Below, piece after piece: positions 22,650 through 26,080 of a stretch of DNA of 26,080 bases (within the stretch, counting starts at the first letter, position 1; each line of letters opens with the position of its first letter). This DNA comes from Paraspadella gotoi (lineage: Eukaryota; Animalia; Chaetognatha), in contig CM119270.1 in assembly GCA_051294375.1 (NCBI GenBank), forward strand, positions 6,381,295 through 6,407,374, read 5' to 3'. Position numbers and translations under genes: made by a program. The notes under the pieces were generated by a model. It was not told the DNA's origin. It searched no databases and was given only the letters and a program-made list of their open reading frames with translations.

Positions 22650-23250
22650 AAAAACGTGGACGCAACCGACGCGTAACCGAGACGCAACAAAATTCCCTTT
22701 TTCTCTGCCTTTTCGTGTCCAAAGTCTTTTAGCGAGGATTTGGTAGACTTTTTCTGTCGGAGAACGTTGGTAATCGTTGCCGGTCAGGTGACGAGATGAT
22801 GATTGTGACAGTGACGATAATGATGATTATGATGATATTTTAGTGTCACTAAAACCGGACAGAATGTCGTGATCTTCCCGCGTGATCGTATCTCACCTTC
22901 TTTTATTTTTTGGTCGAGTCGTTACCGAATAATGTCCCGTCCGCTCCCAAAACTCTTTTTCCAACTTCCCATCTTTTTTTGCTTAAGCATTTCTTTGTAT
23001 TATTTTCTTTGCTTGTCTTTTCTTTCCTCCTCTCAACCTTCACCTTCCCCGGTTTTATTTTATTAAAAATTTCGTCTTTTCTCCCATCCCTTAATCTTAC
23101 CCTTACATTTCTCCCTTCTCTATGAATTTTTGCAAAATTACTTGTTTCAATATTTTCTATTTTTAATATTTTATAATATATAATATTGCTTTTTTTAAAA
23201 AATTCAATTTTGGAAGGGGAAGTTGGGAGTGTGTCTTCTTGTTTGAAATA
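22650..23250 (-). CDS. Possible Lys/Ser-rich coding exon with frameshift(s)
   Basis: ORF 23313->22903 (EDTLPTSPSKIEFF...KRWEVGKRVLGADGTLFGNDSTKK), then a further open segment SSLSSLSQSSSRHLTGNDYQRSPTEKVYQILAKRLWTRKGREKG. No family recognised. Confidence 0.3.
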
Positions 23251-23374
23251 GCAGGAAGGGAGTTCTCTTTTCAACACAAGGTTTAGGGAGAAGCAATCTA
23301 ACAGAGATACCATGTGTACCGCATTTTTCTACCCTTCTCTTTTTTATTACTTTTCTTTATCTCCCTCTTCTATT

Positions 23375-24230
23375 TTCCCATTCTCGTCGTTCTACTCTTT
23401 CATCCCTTCCTCCATACTGTAATCTCTTATTCGTTCCCTCATCATTCCCTCTCTCTCCTCCCCTCATTCTTCCTCTCTTCTTCCCCTCGCATCTTCCTCT
23501 CTCCTTTCCCCTCATCTCTCTTTCCCTCGTGCGTCATCTCCTCATTCGCCCTCATTCCTCTCCCCCCCTCATCTCCTCTCTCCCCTCCCCTCACTTTCCT
23601 CTTTTCCCTCATCGCTTCCCCTCTCTCTTCCATCTCCTCCCCTCTTCTCTCTCTCCCTCCCCTCTCTTCCTCTCTCCCTCTCCCCTCGCATCTCCTCTTC
23701 TCCCTCCCATTCATCTTTCCTCTTTCCCCTTCCCTCATTCTTCCTCTCTCCCCTCCCTTCATCTTCCTCTCTCCCTTCCCTCATCTTCTCTCTCTCTCTT
23801 CCCTCTCCCTCTATCTTTCTTCTTCCACTCCCTTTGTCGGATTTCGTTGTTCCGGCTTTCTACGTGCGAACTCAATGACGTAATTGTTCTACTTTCTTAA
23901 ATTCTCGCTTCTGATTGGCGGAACTTTAGATCCTTTTCATTGACATCCTTTTAATCATGAATCCGATTACACGTCGGTTATATTTCTCATTATTCTCTGT
24001 TATTATTGGTCGACAAATCTGCCTGACGACTGTCTCTTCATTGTACTCTATATTGCCGCAAGCGAGCCTACCTTCATTCATTTCCCCAGCGGTTCTCTGG
24101 GCTGGTAGACCGACTGCATCCACTCGCGATAGTATTGAAGGCGGCATCAAGAAAACGAGCTCCGTGATTTGGTCGAAACCTCGTTCCGTGCTGCTGCCGT
24201 CCGGGGAAAGGGCCGGTAGATGAGAGAGAG

Positions 24231-24303
<73 letters not shown>

Positions 24304-24440
24304 CGCGATGGTAAAAGAATCTCAATTCTCCAGTGTGCTTAGTCTGACCGTCTCCGGAACCTGACTGCACAGAATTCGATGTCGATGTAAACAAAGTAAA
24401 AATAACAAAAAGTAACCAATAAATAAATAAATAAATACAT
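23375..24440 (+). repeat. Copy A of a direct duplication (copy B 25010-26080)
   Basis: Shared ctacgtgcgaactcaatgacgtaattgttctactttcttaaattctcgcttctgattggcggaac... and gtccgcgatggtaaaagaatctcaattctccagtgtg..., offset about 1620. Confidence 0.95.
24222..24301. repeat. (GA)n microsatellite
   Basis: Direct read. Confidence 0.95.
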
Positions 24441-24784
24441 AATAAAATAGTGCCGCTTCTGTTAAATTTCCTTATTTTCAATCGACAACGATGATCATCT
24501 TCAATTTTAATCGCGGAACATTTTGTCGTCACAAGCATTTTTTTCGCCATAAACTAAAATGATAAATCGTAGATATTTTAAAATAAATAAATAAATGGAA
24601 AATTCGCGAGGAAAAAAAATGACCCAAAATCAACTGTTGAAAAAAGAAAAAAAAATGAAATGAATCAAAATCGATCAAATTTCAAATGAAGGACGAGAAG
24701 AAGAAAAAATCCATTAACTTCGCTTTACGCTCTTCCAAAAATACAACAACGACAACGACAACAACGACGCCAGTCTCAGCCGAC

Positions 24785-24953
24785 ATGGCCGCCCCAGTGG
24801 CCCTCGAGTCTTCCTTGACCGCCATGGATTGGCTTCCCCGTCTCTCCGTCGGGCCAGGGGGCGTGGCTTGCCCCAAGAGTCTCTCGTCGTCGGCGTCGTC
24901 GTCTTCGTCGTCGTCGTCGGGCAAACGAGATCACAACGGCAACGCGGGCGAAG
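24785..24953 (+). CDS. FoxJ2/3: N-terminal coding exon of a forkhead box J2/J3-type transcription factor
   Basis: MAAPVALESSLTAMDWLPRLSVG matches the LESSLTS(I/M)DWLPQL motif that precedes the forkhead domain in FOXJ2/FOXJ3. The ATG is in a good context (gacATGg) and there is a consensus donor AAG|GTGAGT at 24953/24954 (phase 1). The forkhead domain itself is not in the window. The frame is open upstream to an ATG at 24686. Confidence 0.8.
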
Positions 24954-25009
24954 GTGAGTCTCCGTGAATGTGAAATAGTGTGAAAAATGTGAAAATTTAN
25001 NNNNNNNNN

Positions 25010-25911
25010 TTTCCCCATCTCTCGTCTCTCTTTCATCCCTTTCCTAAGTAACTCTTATTCTTTCCCCTCATCTTCCTCTCTCCCCTCCCCTCATCTTCCT
25101 CTNNNNNNNNNNNNNNNNNNNNNNNNNNNNNNNNNNNNNNNNNNNNNNNNNNNNNNNNNNNNNNNNNNNNNNNNNNNNNNNNNNNNNNNNNNNNNNNNNN
25201 NNNNNNNNNNNNNNNNNNNNNNNNNNNNNNNNNNNNNNNNNNNNNNNNNNNNNNNNNNNNNNNNNNNNNNNNNNNNNNNNNNNNNNNNNNNNNNNNNNNN
25301 NNNNNNNNNNNNNNNNNNNNNNNNNNNNNNNNNNNNNNNNNNNNNNNNNNNNNNNNNNNNNNNNNNNNNNNNNNNNNNNNNNNNNNNNNNNNNNNNNNNN
25401 NNNNNNNNNNNNNNNNNNNNNNNNNNNNNNNNNNNNNNNNNNNNNNNNCTCTCCACTCCCCTTTTCGGATTTCGTGTTCCGGCTTCTACGTGCGAACTCA
25501 ATGACGTAATTGTTCTACTTTCTTAAATTCTCGCTTCTGATTGGCGGAACTTTAGATCCTTTTCATTGACATCCTTTTAATCATGAATCGCGATTAGCCG
25601 AAACGTCGGTTATATTTCTCATTATTCCTGTTATTATTGGTCGACAAATCTGCCTGACCTGACTTCGTTTCAATGTACTCTTATGATTGGCCCGCAAAGC
25701 GAGCCTACCTTCATCATTTCCCCAGCGANNNNNNNNNNNNNNNNNNNNNNNNNNNNNNNNNNNNNNNNNNNNNNNNNNNNNNNNNNNNNNNNNNNNNNNN
25801 NNNNNNNNNNNNNNNNNNNNNNNNNNNNNNNNNNNNNNNNNNNNNNNNNNNNNNNNNNNNNNNNNNNNNNNNNNNNNNNNNNNNNNNNNNNNNNNNNNNN
25901 NNNNNNNNNNN

Positions 25912-25948
<37 letters not shown>

Positions 25949-26080
25949 CGCGATGGTAAAAGAATCTCAATTCTCCAGTGTGCATGTCTGACCGTCTCCG
26001 GAACCTGACTGCACAGAATTCGATGTCGATGTAACAAAGTAAAAATAACAAAAAACCAAAAAATAAATAAATAAATAAAT
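25010..26080 (+). repeat. Copy B of the duplication of 23375-24440, with N gaps at 25103-25448 and 25729-25911, preceded by a 10-N gap (25000-25009)
   Basis: Colinear with copy A. The gaps fall where copy A has sequence. Confidence 0.9.

Noticed and set aside
24045-24080. GRLACGNI (minus) resembling the Cu/Zn SOD C-terminus
   Set aside because: The upstream SOD motif (GRxxVxH) is absent and the duplicate copy reads differently.
24386-24393. TGTAAACA forkhead-binding motif upstream of FoxJ2/3 (autoregulation idea)
   Set aside because: A single short AT-rich match, and copy B reads TGTAACA.

Overview
Eukaryotic (animal) genomic DNA from a low-quality draft assembly. It is AT-rich but retains CpG, and is saturated with (GA/CT)n and (AAAG/CTTT)n microsatellites; a crustacean or other invertebrate origin is inference only. 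It has four N gaps and two internal duplications (about 1889-5292 = 15495-18553; about 23375-24440 = 25010-26080). The copies differ mainly by indels and abut gaps, so they are probably assembly redundancy. Most ORFs in the track are low-complexity noise. The best-supported coding signals are (1) the N-terminal coding exon of a FoxJ2/3-type forkhead gene (24785-24953, +) and (2) a three-exon, intron-containing segment (about 18776-19845, +). The spliced translation of (2) follows a pogo/Tigger (DDE_1, POGK/POGZ-like) transposase domain with the middle catalytic Asp apparently replaced by Asn, making it a candidate domesticated transposase gene. A 60-bp near-perfect palindrome lies in its last intron and a 12-bp TGACG array begins at its stop codon. 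Several other error-corrupted exon candidates (one CD20/MS4A-like) are reported at low confidence. No RNA genes, CRISPR arrays or prokaryotic systems were seen. All family calls come from visual motif recognition, not database searches.
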